Below are positions 63,187 through 64,000 of a stretch of 64,000 nucleotides of DNA, in pieces. The translations under genes and the position numbers were made by a program. The notes under the pieces are model-generated. The model searched no databases and was not told the origin of the DNA. It was given only the letters and a program-made list of their open reading frames with translations. Numbering within the stretch: position 1 is the stretch's first letter; the number at the start of each line of letters is the position of its first letter. This DNA comes from Candidatus Woesearchaeota archaeon (GTDB lineage: Archaea > Nanobdellota > Nanobdellia > Pacearchaeales > GW2011-AR1), in the NCBI GenBank assembly GCA_964608765.1, contig CAZSPD010000002.1, forward strand, positions 50,205 to 114,204. Reading direction: 5' to 3'.

Positions 63187-63417
63187 ATGGCTAAGCAGAG
63201 AAAGAAAAAATCAATAAAACCAGAAACATTCTATAAAATTAGTTCAGCTGTAATTGGATTTATTGGAACATTTTTAATTTTATTTAATTTGAATATTACT
63301 GGTGCAGTTATAAGTGATGAAAGTACAGTAACAAGCGGAATTATTGGAGTGTTTATGGTGTTTTTAGCATTACTATTATATTTAAGACCTTTAAAAAAAA
63401 GTTTTAAAAAGCAATAA
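63187..63417 (+). CDS. Small two-TM membrane protein with an ITGAVI hairpin motif
   Basis: The TM-NLNITGAVISDES-TM layout is shared with the ORFs at 315 and 37336. Confidence 0.45.
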   Translation: MAKQRKKKSIKPETFYKISSAVIGFIGTFLILFNLNITGAVISDESTVTSGIIGVFMVFLALLLYLRPLKKSFKKQ

Positions 63418-63438
63418 AACCTATAAAGAATATAAAAG

Positions 63439-64000
63439 ATGGTGAAAAAGAAAGTAAAAACAAAGCAAAAGCAACCTGTTAAAAAAAAGCTGAGTGTTAA
63501 GCAAAAGCAAGAAAAGAAAAAAGAAGAGATCATAAAAGAGATTCCTACATTTAAATTAAGAACAGAGGATGATATTGCAATGGACTTTGCAATAAAAGTT
63601 TATAAAAAATTTAATAAGATAGTTAAGTCAATAGTTCTATTTGGTTCAACAACTAAGCAAAGTGCAACACCTAGTTCTGATATTGACATTATGATTATTA
63701 TAGACGATGCTTCAATAAAATGGGATCAGAAATTAATTTTATGGTATAGAGAAGAGCTTGAAAAAATTATTAAAGAAAGTCCGTATAGAAGAGAACTTCA
63801 TGTTAATACAATGAAGTTAACAACATGGTGGGATGATTTAATTAGAGGAGACCCAACAGTTACAAACATTATAAGACATGGTGAACCTCTTATAGATGCA
63901 GGAGGATTTTTTATACCTCTTAAACAATTGCTTGCTCAAGGAAAAATTAAACCTACACCTGAAGCAATTTATTCTTGTTTACAAAGAGCTCCAATACATT
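63439..64000 (+). CDS. Nucleotidyltransferase-domain protein with a lysine-rich leader (3' end outside window)
   Basis: Hand-translated from the ATG at 63439: MVKKKVKTKQKQPVKKK...IVLFGSTTKQSATPSSDIDIMIIIDD (NTase GS-x-DxD motif). The frame is open to the window end. Confidence 0.7.
   Translation, partial: MVKKKVKTKQKQPVKKKLSVKQKQEKKKEEIIKEIPTFKLRTEDDIAMDFAIKVYKKFNKIVKSIVLFGSTTKQSATPSSDIDIMIIIDDASIKWDQKLILWYREELEKIIKESPYRRELHVNTMKLTTWWDDLIRGDPTVTNIIRHGEPLIDAGGFFIPLKQLLAQGKIKPTPEAIYSCLQRAPIH

Overview
AT-rich (about 30% GC by eye) archaeal chromosome segment. The gene content fits a small-genome, DPANN-like archaeon: an Rpo7-Spt4-S24e-S27ae operon, Dph2 and Dph6, an archaeal class III signal-peptide pilin, tRNA-His with an encoded G-1, and TATA boxes about 23-25 nt upstream of start codons. 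Main blocks: (1) 1.1-7.7 kb, a minus-strand dNTP-supply operon (nrdR-nrdJ-dCMP deaminase-Cys-rich protein-dut-C39-like-thyA-trx) with two NrdR-box-like palindromes upstream. (2) 10.9-26.4 kb, a defence island. It is a Type I R-M system (hsdM, hsdS, hsdR) split open by about ten translationally coupled passenger genes: a ParB-like protein, a Dam-family methylase, a coiled-coil membrane protein, a basic repeat peptide, PIN, a HEPN-like protein, a PIN-like protein and an AlbA_2/HATPase protein. RadC and a repeat-flanked MNT-HEPN cassette follow. (3) 26.6-30.7 kb, an ISC Fe-S cluster locus. (4) 35.4-37.3 kb, the conserved archaeal transcription/ribosomal operon. (5) 37.3-42.5 kb, an accessory patch with RusA-like and DUF559-like nucleases and a 460-bp structured-looking intergenic region. 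(6) 42.5-58.8 kb, housekeeping genes (ScpA, ABC-2 transporter, HisRS, Dph2, TrxB, tRNA-His, U32 peptidase, pilin, a C-terminally short GluRS). (7) 59.2-63.1 kb, an unassignable three-gene cluster. I saw no rRNA, CRISPR array, integrase or transposase. The best candidates for an undescribed system are the passenger modules inside the Type I R-M operon. All functional calls rest on motifs read by eye from the translations; no database search was possible.
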